In this document: piece by piece, positions 1 to 11,100 of the stretch
Position numbering within the stretch: the first letter of the stretch is position 1
Layout: the number at the start of each line of letters is the position of its first letter
Source: a virus
Length of the DNA stretch: 64,000 nt
Virus record (IMG/VR): IMGVR_UViG_3300022689_000474
Span: 64,001 to 128,000 of that record
Direction: 5' to 3' (one strand)
Position numbers and translations under genes: made by a program
Notes under the pieces: model-generated
The model's database searches: none
Told to the model about the DNA's origin: nothing
The model's input: the letters and a program-made list of their open reading frames with translations, nothing else

Positions 1-909
1 CCAGCTAACCTTGCTCATATTGTATATTCTTATTTCTTTAAAAAGATAAGACAAAATTCTATAGATAATTTATATTTACCAGAACTATCTAACCTTATAG
101 ATGACCTCTTCCTAAATGGTATAAATAATATGGAATTGGTAGGAGATAACTTGATTTACTTCTTTCATAAGAATTTTCTTTACTCTTTTCCTAAATATAC
201 TGCTATGATAGATTGTATCTCTTCAGTTATGCAGATAAAAGATTTATTAGATTATTCTTGGGGTACATATCAAGATAGTAAGATTATTAAAGAATTATAT
301 CTCCATATGGTTAATCAAGGTCTTAACACTACTAAAAAGCCTTATAATGATATCCCTCATCTAAATCTATCTCAATCTGATGTAAAAGCTATTATGAACT
401 CTTCTGGTATGTTAGAGGTAATAAGGATTAATAATGATTTACCTCAGATAAATGATATTCTATCTTCTAATAAGATAACTTCTTATAAACCTTTATCTTA
501 TCTATCTATATTTCATTCTCTTATGCTCAATATAATCCCTGGACCTGGAGGTTATAATGAAGTCTTAGTTATGTTAGCTTTAATATTATTAGTTCGAGCT
601 TTTTGTTTATGTCATGTGGAGAATAATGGTGCATTAGGAGATATACCTTTTAGTAAACTAAATAAGTTTGATTCATTTAATATCTCTAATAATTCATCTC
701 TCAGTCCTAGTATAGGAAGTTTATCTAGTCATATCGAGAATAGAAATAAAGTAGAAGAAATATTATATAGAAGTAATAGATTAATCTATTTATCTGGGGT
801 TTTATTAAGAAAAACTAATTTGTATGACCTTAATATTCTAGGTAATAATATATCTTCTATTAGTGGTTATACAGATAAAAGTCCAATTAAATTAGATATA
901 AATACTTAA
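1..909 (+). CDS. Hypothetical protein, 5'-truncated by the window edge
   Basis: The frame of the 130..909 ORF is open from base 1 (CCA GCT AAC ...), so the true start probably lies upstream. No recognisable motif. Confidence 0.7.
   Translation, partial: PANLAHIVYSYFFKKIRQNSIDNLYLPELSNLIDDLFLNGINNMELVGDNLIYFFHKNFLYSFPKYTAMIDCISSVMQIKDLLDYSWGTYQDSKIIKELYLHMVNQGLNTTKKPYNDIPHLNLSQSDVKAIMNSSGMLEVIRINNDLPQINDILSSNKITSYKPLSYLSIFHSLMLNIIPGPGGYNEVLVMLALILLVRAFCLCHVENNGALGDIPFSKLNKFDSFNISNNSSLSPSIGSLSSHIENRNKVEEILYRSNRLIYLSGVLLRKTNLYDLNILGNNISSISGYTDKSPIKLDINT
897..904 (+). promoter_or_regulatory. TATAAATA box (T4-type late-promoter-like)
   Basis: Exact TATAAATA about 10 nt before the ATG at 914. The same octamer precedes three other genes. 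The AT-rich background weakens this call. Confidence 0.3.
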
Positions 910-913
910 TAAT

Positions 914-3900
914 ATGCCAAACTTAACATCTCAATCAGTACCTTTCTCTTTATCTGCAGAAGAGGTATATGATCAATTAAGTATATTAGAAGAGGGATAT
1001 AACTTAAATGATCTTGTAAATAGTAATATAAATGAACTTACATTAGATAATGTCGCTGAATTAGGAATTACTTCAGCAGATTATAATATACCACTTAATC
1101 CTCCTAGTCCTCCTACTAATGAAGAAGTATCTGAACAAACTAATACTACATCAAGTACTGAAGAAACTGGAAATATATCAGTAGGTCCCTATGAAAATAT
1201 AGATGGTTTAGAAGTAGCTAATAATGTTACATTACAAGATTACGATACTTCTAAAGTTGATAAGTTTGAAGAGTTATTATCAGAAGATGCTAATTTAACT
1301 ACAAGTAAAGCTAGTGATGCTTTTAGTGATCTTGTAGAAAATCCTAAAGGAGAAGATAATGAAGGGTCGGGAGAAAAATCTAATGAGACCGGTGATGGTG
1401 ATAAGAACGATGGTAGTGCTTCTAACCTTACTAATTCTGATGAAGATAATGATCTTATAGCAGGAAAGGTTATGGCTGAAGCTAGAGCTGCTGTTAAAGG
1501 TTCAATAGTTCAAGAGGATGCAGTAAACCTTAGTATGAAAGCTAAGAAAACTACTAAAGAAACTAAAGAAAGTCTAGATGCTGCTCAACAAGGAAGTACT
1601 ACAGAAAGAAATGGAAAAGTAACTGAAGGGTCTGAAGAAGTTTTAAAGACTGCTAATCAAACTATAAGTAAAGCTATAGATGAATTAGTAGAATCAAAAG
1701 CTACTAATTCAGGTATAAGATTCTCGGCTAATGATGCGATAAGTTTTAGTACTCATAAAGGTATAAATTTATCTACATCAGGAGCTATTACGAATATAGC
1801 TGCACAAAAGAATGACTATTCCAATGTTTTGTATACTTCTACTGAATATTCATATACTGAGAGTAATCTATCTAATACTGATACAAATATAAAGGTCGAT
1901 AATAGTAAGAATAGTATTTCTCGTAATGTTAATTCCTTAGAATATTCTAGAAATAGAGAAATAAATACTGAAGTTACTTCTTTAAATGCTACAGAAGCTT
2001 TACAAACTGCATCTAAAGAAAGAGTTGAAGTATTTGAAAATGCACAAACACAAGGAGGTACATATAAACTTTCTGTAGAGAAGAATCAAATAAATAATAT
2101 AGGTGAATCTCTTATTGTAAGTGTAGGTTCTGAAGTTCCTAATAAAACAGAATCTCCAGCTTTTAATCCTTTATCAGTAATATCAGATGTGGCTTCTGGA
2201 AAAGGAGGTTATCTATTATCAATAACACCTGATACATATGATTTACAACAGGAAGGAGCTATAAATATACATTCTAGTCAGAATCAAACATATGTTGCTG
2301 ATTCTATAACTGATATATCAGATAAAAATAGAGTATCTCTTAGTAAACAAAATATAATCTCTTATACACCAGGTAATGAATTTAGAGTATCAAATAATAT
2401 GACTACCGCAACATTACTTGGTGGTGGTACATCTATTTTAGGTAGATTTTCTTTTATGGGAGGTCTATTTGGAATGATAAGTAATGTTGCAGAAATAGCT
2501 TCTAATATATTACCTGGTCTGTCTCTACCCTCTGATTTACCTATGCCTCCTATAGGAGAAAGACCTAATGCAGGACTCAAAGTAGATATAGATGCTTGTA
2601 TTCCAAGTAAATATAAAGATTATATATCTGGTACTAGCCCCGAAGGTAGTTCGGAGGATTTAAATTCTGATATATCTAATGATATATCTTCAGATTATTC
2701 TTTTTCTGATTCACCAATTTTAGATGATCTTACTAATACAGGTAATTTAGATCAAACTTTAGATAATACTTATTCTATACAACCCCCTTCTGATTTGGGT
2801 GAAACTTTTAATGCAGGACCTATAGGTGATATTACTCTAATAGAAAATGAAGGTACTGAAGTAGATGGAGTACAAGATGAAAATGCTGGAGATATTATCA
2901 GTGGTACAGAAGTAGATGATCTAGATGGATCTTCTCAGACTTTAGATGACCCCATACCTTCAGAGGATGAATTAGTAGAAAGTTTAGATGAGAAGAAACC
3001 TACTTCTAAAGAATGGACATCTGGTAGAGGGGTTGAGACATCTCAAGGTTTCTCTGCAGATAGTAAAACTAAGAACCAAGAACAACCGGATGCTTCTACT
3101 CAAAAGAAATCAAAAACAGGATCATCTTTAAGTAGTACAGATAATAAATCAAGTTCAAAAGGAGTATCAAGAGAGAAAAGGATGAAAGTATGGTTTGCTC
3201 CTCATACCTACTTTGATCTATTTGAAGAAGATGACTTTGAATATAATAATGCCCCACCGTATCAAGGTGATCCTATGGATGTAGGTAAGACAGATGTAAA
3301 GGTTGAAGAGGGTAATACTCCGGAGTTAAATAAAATAGCAAAGAAATCTATAGAAGATAGTATAGAGTCTTCTAATTTAGAAGAATCTTCTAAAGAGAAA
3401 TTATTAAGTAATACTTCTAATGTATTAAATGCTTTGTCTTCTCTAAATATAACTAATTCTGAAGAAATATCTAGAGATATTGTTATAGGAACTTTAAGTA
3501 CTTTAAATTTAAATTTAGATGAGAATGAAAAAGACATTTTATACCATTCTTATTTAGAATTAAATGGTAATATAGCTTTATCCATTGGTATATTTGGTAC
3601 TATAATGCCATTAATACAAGATGCTGCTAATGTAGCTTCAAATGTATTTTCTCAAGTCTCTTCTATAAGTAGTATGGTAGGTATAGATATAGAAGGAGGA
3701 TTCGCAGATTCTGTTATGAGCGTTATAGATCAAATTAAAGGAGGTCTTAATGTAAGTTCTGTGGCATCTTTATTAGATAGTTCTGGAGAGTTAAGTAAGT
3801 TTATTCCTGTAGGTCAAAGTATTATAGCTATGCTTAATAATCCTGAAGGTAAAGTAGATATAAAAGATACTATTATTAACACTTTATTACCACAAGTAGA

Positions 3901-5659
3901 ATCTTTAGTACAACCAATATTAGGAGGTTATGATTCTATAAGTATTAGTAATATAACTACATCTATTAGTAATCTTCTTAGTGATGGTGCTTTAGATGGT
4001 ATGGGACCTGAAGAGATATTATTAAGAGCTCAAGGATTATTAAGTCAATCAAATATTTTACCTGATGAAGTAAATACTTTAATGCAATCAATAGGTCCTC
4101 TACTTACCTCTTTTTCTGAAGGGGGGAGTATAAATAGTTTGATAGGAGGTGATTTAATATCTCAAATAACTTCTAGTTTAGGTATAGATATGTCTCCAGT
4201 AAGTAATGTAATAGGTAATCTTGAGGGAATAGTGGGTAGTGTCAATGCTTTATTAACTATTCCATCTATCCTAGATGCTATGAATGATTATGATATACCT
4301 TTACTAACTCAGATAAGTTCTGCTATTGAATGTGTTGATCTATTCTCTCGTATCAAAGATATTATTGGTATAGTTAAAGACCCTTTAAATTATCAATCTC
4401 AATTCTCTAATCCAGGAGCTTTACAATCTTTGGGTTTACCTATTGATTCTTCTATGACTAGTATTCAAGGTTTAATGACGGGTCTCCTGGGTGATGATAT
4501 TTTAACTGGTCAAAGTTCAGGTATTATTTCTAGTACTTTAGGAGTTATATCAACATTAAGAAGTTCTTTAGGTAGCTTTTCTTTAGCAGGATTAGGAGAT
4601 GACACTTATTCAAATAATTCCTCTTCTGAAGGATCAGAGTATGATAGTTCTTCAGAGGAATCAGTAGATATAAATGGAATAAGTAATAGTTCGGATGAAT
4701 TATCCCAGACACTTAATAATGAAATGTTAGGAACACAGACTATAGCATCAGGTAGTTCAAATTCATATAATTTAATAAATGAATATGTAACAGATCAAAG
4801 TAATAATATAATTCCTGGATTTTACTCTGAACCTCGTATTAGATCGATAGATACAATTGAAGGAGAAACTTTAGAAGGTTATTTCTCTGTAGATGAATTA
4901 GGTAATGTAGCAGTAAGATCTCAAGGAAAACATGATTGTGAGGATCTTATAAGTAGAATATATAATACTAATCAGATAGTAGCAATAGAAGAGAATTTAG
5001 ATTTAGATAATGTAGAGTTTGGAACGTATGTTCCTCTTGATGAGAATAATCCTTTAAACCCTGATTATAATTTAGATGGTCTAATTTCATATAATGATTT
5101 AATGAATGATCCAAATTACAGAATATTCTTTGAAGATCCAGAACTTGGGGAATTTGAGATAAAAGATTCAAGCATATATCTAAATGATATAGGAGTATCT
5201 GATATAAATGGTAATCCATTGGGCTTTTGGACTTCAGGAGTTAATAATGATAATGGAGGTTTAGATATAATAAGAAATTCTGTTTATGATAATGTGAATA
5301 GAATATATGATGAAGATAATAATCTTTTAGGTGTCTCTACTAATAATAATAATATTAATTTAGAGACATTTGATCCAAACGGTTTAGTTTCTACTATTAA
5401 TTATACTTGTGAAGGTAGATTTAGTGATTTTATTAATAGTTTTAAAAGATTAGATAAATTTAATAGATTTATCATATTAAATGAAGATAATATATTTGAA
5501 GTACTTCCTTATGGTAGTATTAACTATAATAACACTGATAAGATATCTTATTCTTATTCTAGTAAAGTAGAAAGGTTTGATATTAATACTATTAAAGAAA
5601 TCTCAGTAATGATTGATAATAGACTTTTATTACAGTGGTCCCAAGATGAAAGATTTTAA
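914..5659 (+). CDS. Putative baseplate central spike (gp5/VgrG-like beta-helix) with a long acidic/helical extension, 1581 aa
   Basis: Residues ~265-500 have short beta-strand periodicity (ISFSTHKGINLSTSGAITNIAA; LQQEGAINIHSSQNQTYVAD) typical of spike needles. The gene lies upstream of the gp25-like and J genes, the usual spike position. Confidence 0.45.
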   Translation: MPNLTSQSVPFSLSAEEVYDQLSILEEGYNLNDLVNSNINELTLDNVAELGITSADYNIPLNPPSPPTNEEVSEQTNTTSSTEETGNISVGPYENIDGLEVANNVTLQDYDTSKVDKFEELLSEDANLTTSKASDAFSDLVENPKGEDNEGSGEKSNETGDGDKNDGSASNLTNSDEDNDLIAGKVMAEARAAVKGSIVQEDAVNLSMKAKKTTKETKESLDAAQQGSTTERNGKVTEGSEEVLKTANQTISKAIDELVESKATNSGIRFSANDAISFSTHKGINLSTSGAITNIAAQKNDYSNVLYTSTEYSYTESNLSNTDTNIKVDNSKNSISRNVNSLEYSRNREINTEVTSLNATEALQTASKERVEVFENAQTQGGTYKLSVEKNQINNIGESLIVSVGSEVPNKTESPAFNPLSVISDVASGKGGYLLSITPDTYDLQQEGAINIHSSQNQTYVADSITDISDKNRVSLSKQNIISYTPGNEFRVSNNMTTATLLGGGTSILGRFSFMGGLFGMISNVAEIASNILPGLSLPSDLPMPPIGERPNAGLKVDIDACIPSKYKDYISGTSPEGSSEDLNSDISNDISSDYSFSDSPILDDLTNTGNLDQTLDNTYSIQPPSDLGETFNAGPIGDITLIENEGTEVDGVQDENAGDIISGTEVDDLDGSSQTLDDPIPSEDELVESLDEKKPTSKEWTSGRGVETSQGFSADSKTKNQEQPDASTQKKSKTGSSLSSTDNKSSSKGVSREKRMKVWFAPHTYFDLFEEDDFEYNNAPPYQGDPMDVGKTDVKVEEGNTPELNKIAKKSIEDSIESSNLEESSKEKLLSNTSNVLNALSSLNITNSEEISRDIVIGTLSTLNLNLDENEKDILYHSYLELNGNIALSIGIFGTIMPLIQDAANVASNVFSQVSSISSMVGIDIEGGFADSVMSVIDQIKGGLNVSSVASLLDSSGELSKFIPVGQSIIAMLNNPEGKVDIKDTIINTLLPQVESLVQPILGGYDSISISNITTSISNLLSDGALDGMGPEEILLRAQGLLSQSNILPDEVNTLMQSIGPLLTSFSEGGSINSLIGGDLISQITSSLGIDMSPVSNVIGNLEGIVGSVNALLTIPSILDAMNDYDIPLLTQISSAIECVDLFSRIKDIIGIVKDPLNYQSQFSNPGALQSLGLPIDSSMTSIQGLMTGLLGDDILTGQSSGIISSTLGVISTLRSSLGSFSLAGLGDDTYSNNSSSEGSEYDSSSEESVDINGISNSSDELSQTLNNEMLGTQTIASGSSNSYNLINEYVTDQSNNIIPGFYSEPRIRSIDTIEGETLEGYFSVDELGNVAVRSQGKHDCEDLISRIYNTNQIVAIEENLDLDNVEFGTYVPLDENNPLNPDYNLDGLISYNDLMNDPNYRIFFEDPELGEFEIKDSSIYLNDIGVSDINGNPLGFWTSGVNNDNGGLDIIRNSVYDNVNRIYDEDNNLLGVSTNNNNINLETFDPNGLVSTINYTCEGRFSDFINSFKRLDKFNRFIILNEDNIFEVLPYGSINYNNTDKISYSYSSKVERFDINTIKEISVMIDNRLLLQWSQDERF

Positions 5660-6251
5660 TAAAGATTTAAATATATCTTCTGCAGAATTTCTAGATACAT
5701 TACCTAGATTATTACAATTACATAATACATTAAAGAAGACCCCCGATTTCTTATTAAATAATATGGATAATTCTTCTTTATTAAAAGTATTTAAAAGAAT
5801 AAGTTTACCACCTAATAAATATAAAGGTTGTGGGGGTTTACCTAAATTATCTATTGAGGATGCTCAAATAATTATAGATATAATCTATCCTCAAGATAAT
5901 ATGATTCAATTTACCTTACCTTCTTCTATTAATAAAAACCCTAAAAATACTAAATTATCTGAATTACCTGGTAGAGGTAATACTATAAGAACTGTAGTAG
6001 ATTTTTATACAATGAGAAGAGATAATATGGTATTGAAATGTTATAAAGGTGCATCTCAATATTGTTCTTCTAATTTAGATTTTCTTATTATGGATTTAGA
6101 TCATAATATAGGTACCGGGACGGCATTAGTAAGTCCTTATCAAAGAAATTTATTATTAGAAGATAGTAATGGAATAAAATATGAAATTCTTATAAAAGAA
6201 TTATTAAGTAAATTAAAACCATTCTTTAAAGAATCATATCTATTAATGTAA
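5613..6251 (+). CDS. Hypothetical protein (likely start ATG 5646)
   Basis: ORF within the baseplate operon, overlapping the upstream stop. No motif. Confidence 0.7.
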   Translation: MIIDFYYSGPKMKDFNKDLNISSAEFLDTLPRLLQLHNTLKKTPDFLLNNMDNSSLLKVFKRISLPPNKYKGCGGLPKLSIEDAQIIIDIIYPQDNMIQFTLPSSINKNPKNTKLSELPGRGNTIRTVVDFYTMRRDNMVLKCYKGASQYCSSNLDFLIMDLDHNIGTGTALVSPYQRNLLLEDSNGIKYEILIKELLSKLKPFFKESYLLM

Positions 6252-6267
6252 ATATGAGGTTATTTAA

Positions 6268-6660
6268 ATGTTAAAGATCCCGAGTACCCCTATAAAGAAA
6301 AGGGGTATATTTTTATATGTAAAGGTAAATAATATGCCTAAGAATATAAGAGTACCAATAAATATATTAATAGAGTACTCTAAACAGAACTTTAGGGCAA
6401 TGAAGAAAAGTTGTGATGATAAAGTAGTAAAGATATTAGATGAAACTATAGATCATAATGGTAAAGGTTTTACTTATAATCATGAGATGAATGTTGATCT
6501 TGATAAAGGTTATTACTTTATAGGATTATCTATAAATAAATTCTTCACGGGTGAAGATACAAACAGTATGATTATATCTTTACATAGATCTAGTCCCCGT
6601 TTAGTAATAGGTTATCCTTATTCCATATATGAAAATTTAGAGATAAGTTATAGTTTATGA
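6268..6660 (+). CDS. Hypothetical protein
   Basis: GAGGT Shine-Dalgarno upstream; ATGA overlap with the next gene. Confidence 0.75.
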   Translation: MLKIPSTPIKKRGIFLYVKVNNMPKNIRVPINILIEYSKQNFRAMKKSCDDKVVKILDETIDHNGKGFTYNHEMNVDLDKGYYFIGLSINKFFTGEDTNSMIISLHRSSPRLVIGYPYSIYENLEISYSL

Positions 6661-7115
6661 TAGATCTAAAGTTAGAGAATGGTGATATTCAGTTCTCAGA
6701 TACTAATTACAGAGATTCTATATATATTCCCGGTTCTACTTCTGAGACGTATAATGATTTAATAACTGAGAGTGGAGTTGAAGTGGCCGATAAATTATTT
6801 AAAAGATTGATAATAACTCCTCTTGGTCATATCACCTTAAGAGTATTACATGATATAGGGACAGCCAATATAGATTTCAATATAGGTAATGGAATATATC
6901 AAGAGTTATCCCAACCATTAAATATAAATCTAGTCAATAAAGCTTATAAACATATAAGTCACGCTATTAAATTTAAACCTAGAGGAGTCAAAGTTTTATC
7001 TATAGATGTATTAGTACCTTCATTTGAGACAGTACATATATATATATACTATTCTATAAATAAAAAGAAGTATACATATAATAAAACTATGACTTTAACA
7101 GATTATGAAACTTAG
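6657..7115 (+). CDS. Baseplate wedge / sheath initiator, gp25/gpW-like
   Basis: N-terminal DLKLENGDI, RLIITPLG and a G-N-G motif resemble gp25/gpW-type proteins. 152 aa, directly upstream of baseplate J. Confidence 0.7.
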   Translation: MIDLKLENGDIQFSDTNYRDSIYIPGSTSETYNDLITESGVEVADKLFKRLIITPLGHITLRVLHDIGTANIDFNIGNGIYQELSQPLNINLVNKAYKHISHAIKFKPRGVKVLSIDVLVPSFETVHIYIYYSINKKKYTYNKTMTLTDYET

Positions 7116-8175
7116 AAGTGTAAATCAAGTCATATCTTCTTTTAGAAGGTATATCAGTTCTATTGATCCTAAACTATCTCTATTTCCTGCATATGGTAAT
7201 TTATATATAATATTTAGAGCCATATCTTCTGTAATAACTTCACAAGAGTATGATTTCCTTACTGAAATAAATAAATATAATATAAATCTTGCTGAGAAAG
7301 ATATTTTAGATGCTTTAGGAAATCAATATGGAATTGAAAGATTAATGGGGTCTAAAGCAAGTGGAGGTGTATTAATATCAGGTAATACTCAATTTATAAG
7401 AAAAGGAACTATATTAACAAATGTTAGTCAAGACTTAGAATATGAAATAACTAGTAATATAAGGTTAATAAATAATATAGAAACAATGGCACCTGTATTA
7501 TCTCTTATTAAAAGTTCTAGAGCAAATATTAGAGAAGGTACTTATTTATATTCCAGGGCTTACCCTAATCATAATTTTTTAGTTGGTTCCTTTAGAGATT
7601 CTTTTAATACAGTATCCGGTCCAATATTAGGAGGTATGGATAAAGAAAGTGATTCAGATTATAGAAGTAGAATAAAAGGTCATATAAATGGAACTATAAA
7701 TGCTAGTTCTTATGTAAATATTTACTCTAAACTTAAATCTTTAGATTTTGTAGGAGATCTTTTTATTAGAGAACATTGGCCTGTACCAGGTATCGTTACT
7801 ATATATAGTAATATAAAAGATACTTATTTGATAGAAGAAATGAATAAAGTATTATTACCTCTTCGTCCATTAGGTGTTTCTCTTATTTATAAACCTGTAA
7901 TGAAATATTCAGTTAATATAGAGTTAAGTGTAAAGGTTAGTAGTACTGATTCTATAGATACTGTAGATAATTTCTTAGATGGGGAAATACATAACTATTT
8001 CTCTTCTCTAATAATAGGTCAAACATTGAGTAGGGTGGATCTACAATCTTCTTTATCTTCTTCTTTAATTGGAGTAAAGTCTTTAACTATACTTAAACCG
8101 GAGTCTGATGTTATGGTAACTGAAGATGTACTTTTGGTTCCTGGTCAAATTAGAAAATCATTCCATGAAATTTAA
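7105..8175 (+). CDS. Baseplate J / gp47-family wedge protein
   Basis: Motifs AEKDILDALGNQYGIER, KASGGV, GGMDKESDSDYRSRI, PGIVTIY and LRPLGV; 356 aa. Confidence 0.92.
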   Translation: MKLRSVNQVISSFRRYISSIDPKLSLFPAYGNLYIIFRAISSVITSQEYDFLTEINKYNINLAEKDILDALGNQYGIERLMGSKASGGVLISGNTQFIRKGTILTNVSQDLEYEITSNIRLINNIETMAPVLSLIKSSRANIREGTYLYSRAYPNHNFLVGSFRDSFNTVSGPILGGMDKESDSDYRSRIKGHINGTINASSYVNIYSKLKSLDFVGDLFIREHWPVPGIVTIYSNIKDTYLIEEMNKVLLPLRPLGVSLIYKPVMKYSVNIELSVKVSSTDSIDTVDNFLDGEIHNYFSSLIIGQTLSRVDLQSSLSSSLIGVKSLTILKPESDVMVTEDVLLVPGQIRKSFHEI

Positions 8176-8177
8176 TT

Positions 8178-11100
8178 ATGTCCTGTTATTATGATAACTA
8201 TAATAGTTTGAGGTTTCTCAGTACCTTAGATGACATTTATAATTCTTCTAAAAGTTTACGTCTAGAATTTCAATTATTAGACTTTTATCCATCTTCTACT
8301 ACTCCTTCAGTACTTAGAGGTTCTATTAAGGGTCTTGATCTTTATAGAAATTATACTGATTTATTTGAACCCGGTTGCTTTCAATCTGGTTGCTTTATGG
8401 AACCAGGCTCTTGGAGTGAATATGATGAAATGGATCTTGTTCCTGATTACTCTAATTCTCCTTTATTTTCTACTGATTGCTTCTCAATTGGTTGTTGGGA
8501 TGACTTTAGTCATAGCTGTTCTATATCTATTTATTCCTCTGATACACCTAATATTTGTAATTCTAATTATGAATTGGTAGATTCTTATACAGATTGTATA
8601 GGATATTCTCCTATTCTAGAAGATTATTTTGATCCCCCTTCAAGTCCAAATGTAAGGAACTTTACAATGGGTCATTATGTTTATCTATCTAATAGATATA
8701 GACAATATATTACTAAATTAAATAGATATTATTCTGGTTCATTAGAAGGTAATAGTTATGTAGAAAGAGGTACTACTAGAGAAAAGTATTTTATCACTTA
8801 TCAAAATATGTTTGGTAGTGAATGTTATACAAATGTACCAAGCCCGATGGGGTTATTAAATTTATATTTTGTAGGAGGTACTAGTCCTGTATTATTAGCT
8901 TCATTTTCTCCAGATAGATCCATTGTATGTAAATATAATCAAACTTATTCGTTTGAAGGTAAAAGTTATTCCTCTTTATTATTTATAGGTTCACGAGCTG
9001 TAATACATGAAATAGAGTTTCTTAAAAGTGAATTTATTCTTAATCCCCCTAATCTTACTTATAAAGATTGTAATAATTATAGTTCCCCTAGAATTATTAC
9101 TAGGTCGAATAGGAACTTTTTATATAAAGATGATTCTGGTTTGAGATTATTATGGTACCCAGGATCTTTAGATGAAATAGGTAATTCATATGTAGTAGAT
9201 ATAGGTTATATCAATGATAGATATGGTGAAGAAGGTCTTATTACATATTATGATTATAATGTACCACTAAATTCTAATGGTATATTTAAATCTACTACTA
9301 CAATGATAGATGGTATACTAGCTATAAGGTTAAAAAGAGTTACTAAGTATAACATCACTATCTTAAGAGTATTTATTTATCCACTAGATATTCATTTGAT
9401 GAGAACTTATTATCTATTAGGTGAAAGATCTAGAGATAGTAATATTGTTAATCTCGAAGCTCTTAGTATTTCTCTAATACAAATAATGTTAAGTGGTCAT
9501 TTAGAAGATCATTTATGTGTAGAAAGAAGAGGACATTGGTACTTAGAACCTTATCTTAGAAAAGTATTGAAGGAAGAATTTGATATTTTATATAAACTTA
9601 TAGATAATATATCTGATTTGAAATATTTAAGTAGATATGGTTCTATCCCTTTAAGATTATCAGTATTTGGTATATCTGAACCTATCTACGATGATAATTA
9701 TTTTCCTTCTTTTTCTAAAGGTTTATTTGTAGATTACCTATTTGAACCAGGTTGTTTTGATAATTGTATTTATCTTGAAGGTGCAGATAGAGAGATTTCT
9801 AATAGATCATTAGCATGGTTATTATATGCTTTATGTTCTTATTCGAGAGTATTTCCATCTGATAGAAATAGATATAAAAGCTTTATAAATAGGATAGCTA
9901 ATTATCTTATATCAAATATAGATCATAGATATAGATTGATATATAAAGGATGGACTCATAATGATATTTATAGTTATTCCGAATTAATAGATGATTATCC
10001 TACAAGCACTAATATTGTTACTTGTCTAGCTTTACTTAAAGCTTATGATGTTACTAAAGAAACTGCTTTTCTAGAAGTAGGAACTGATTTATATCAAGGT
10101 ATATTAAATTATTTATATTTACCTGATATGCAAGTATGTGCTCATTCTTTAGATATTGATGGTGTCTCTTTAGATTCTTTATTACATTCTTTATGGTTAT
10201 TCTTAGAACTTAATAATGCACCCTTTGTAGAAAAGATATTAAACTTATTATTAATCAGATTAAAACCAAGAGATGATATAGATGTATATACCTCGATATA
10301 TTATGAAGATCAAATGGAGGATATAGAAAATATTTATTATAACGGTCTCTTAATAACTACTATTAATAAAGATAATTCCATTCTTTCTTCAATACCTTTT
10401 AATATGACTGAAGAAGACTTTATTAATACTCTAAATGATGAAGAATATCAATTTATATATTTATCTCTTTTATCTCATAGATTAAATGAAGCTCTAAATA
10501 CTTATAGTTTTGATCCTTTATATATTCCTATTATTGATCACTTTAAGAATAAGTTGAATCAATATGATTGTTTAACTCATTCTTATCATTCATTAATAAG
10601 AACTAATATTCTTAATAATAATTTATTATTTGGACATAAATTATTTAAAATAGAATGTCTAGAAAGTGTTAATACTCTTATAGCTTCTAGGAAGTATTTA
10701 TATAATAAATTGAAAGGTAGTATACCAACTAGATTTAATTGGTTTAGTAGAGCTTCTTTATTACCTTCAGGAAATATGGGTAAGATGTTATTAACATTCT
10801 CTAAAGCTCTTGCTCCAATATCTATACTTATAAGTAGAATTTCAGAATTCTTTATACTTAAAGATGCTAGAGGTGTATTATTAGACCAAGAAGGTGAAGA
10901 TATATTAATGCCTAGGTTTGATGGGGAAGTTTATTTAGATTATTTAGATAGAATGAAGAAATTTATGCATATAGAAAATGGTACTAGACAGGGTCTAATG
11001 AATCTATTTGAGCTATATCATATCAATTCTAACACATATAGAAAGAAGGTTATAGGTACATCAGATATATATAATACTAGTTATAATTCAGAATTTATTA

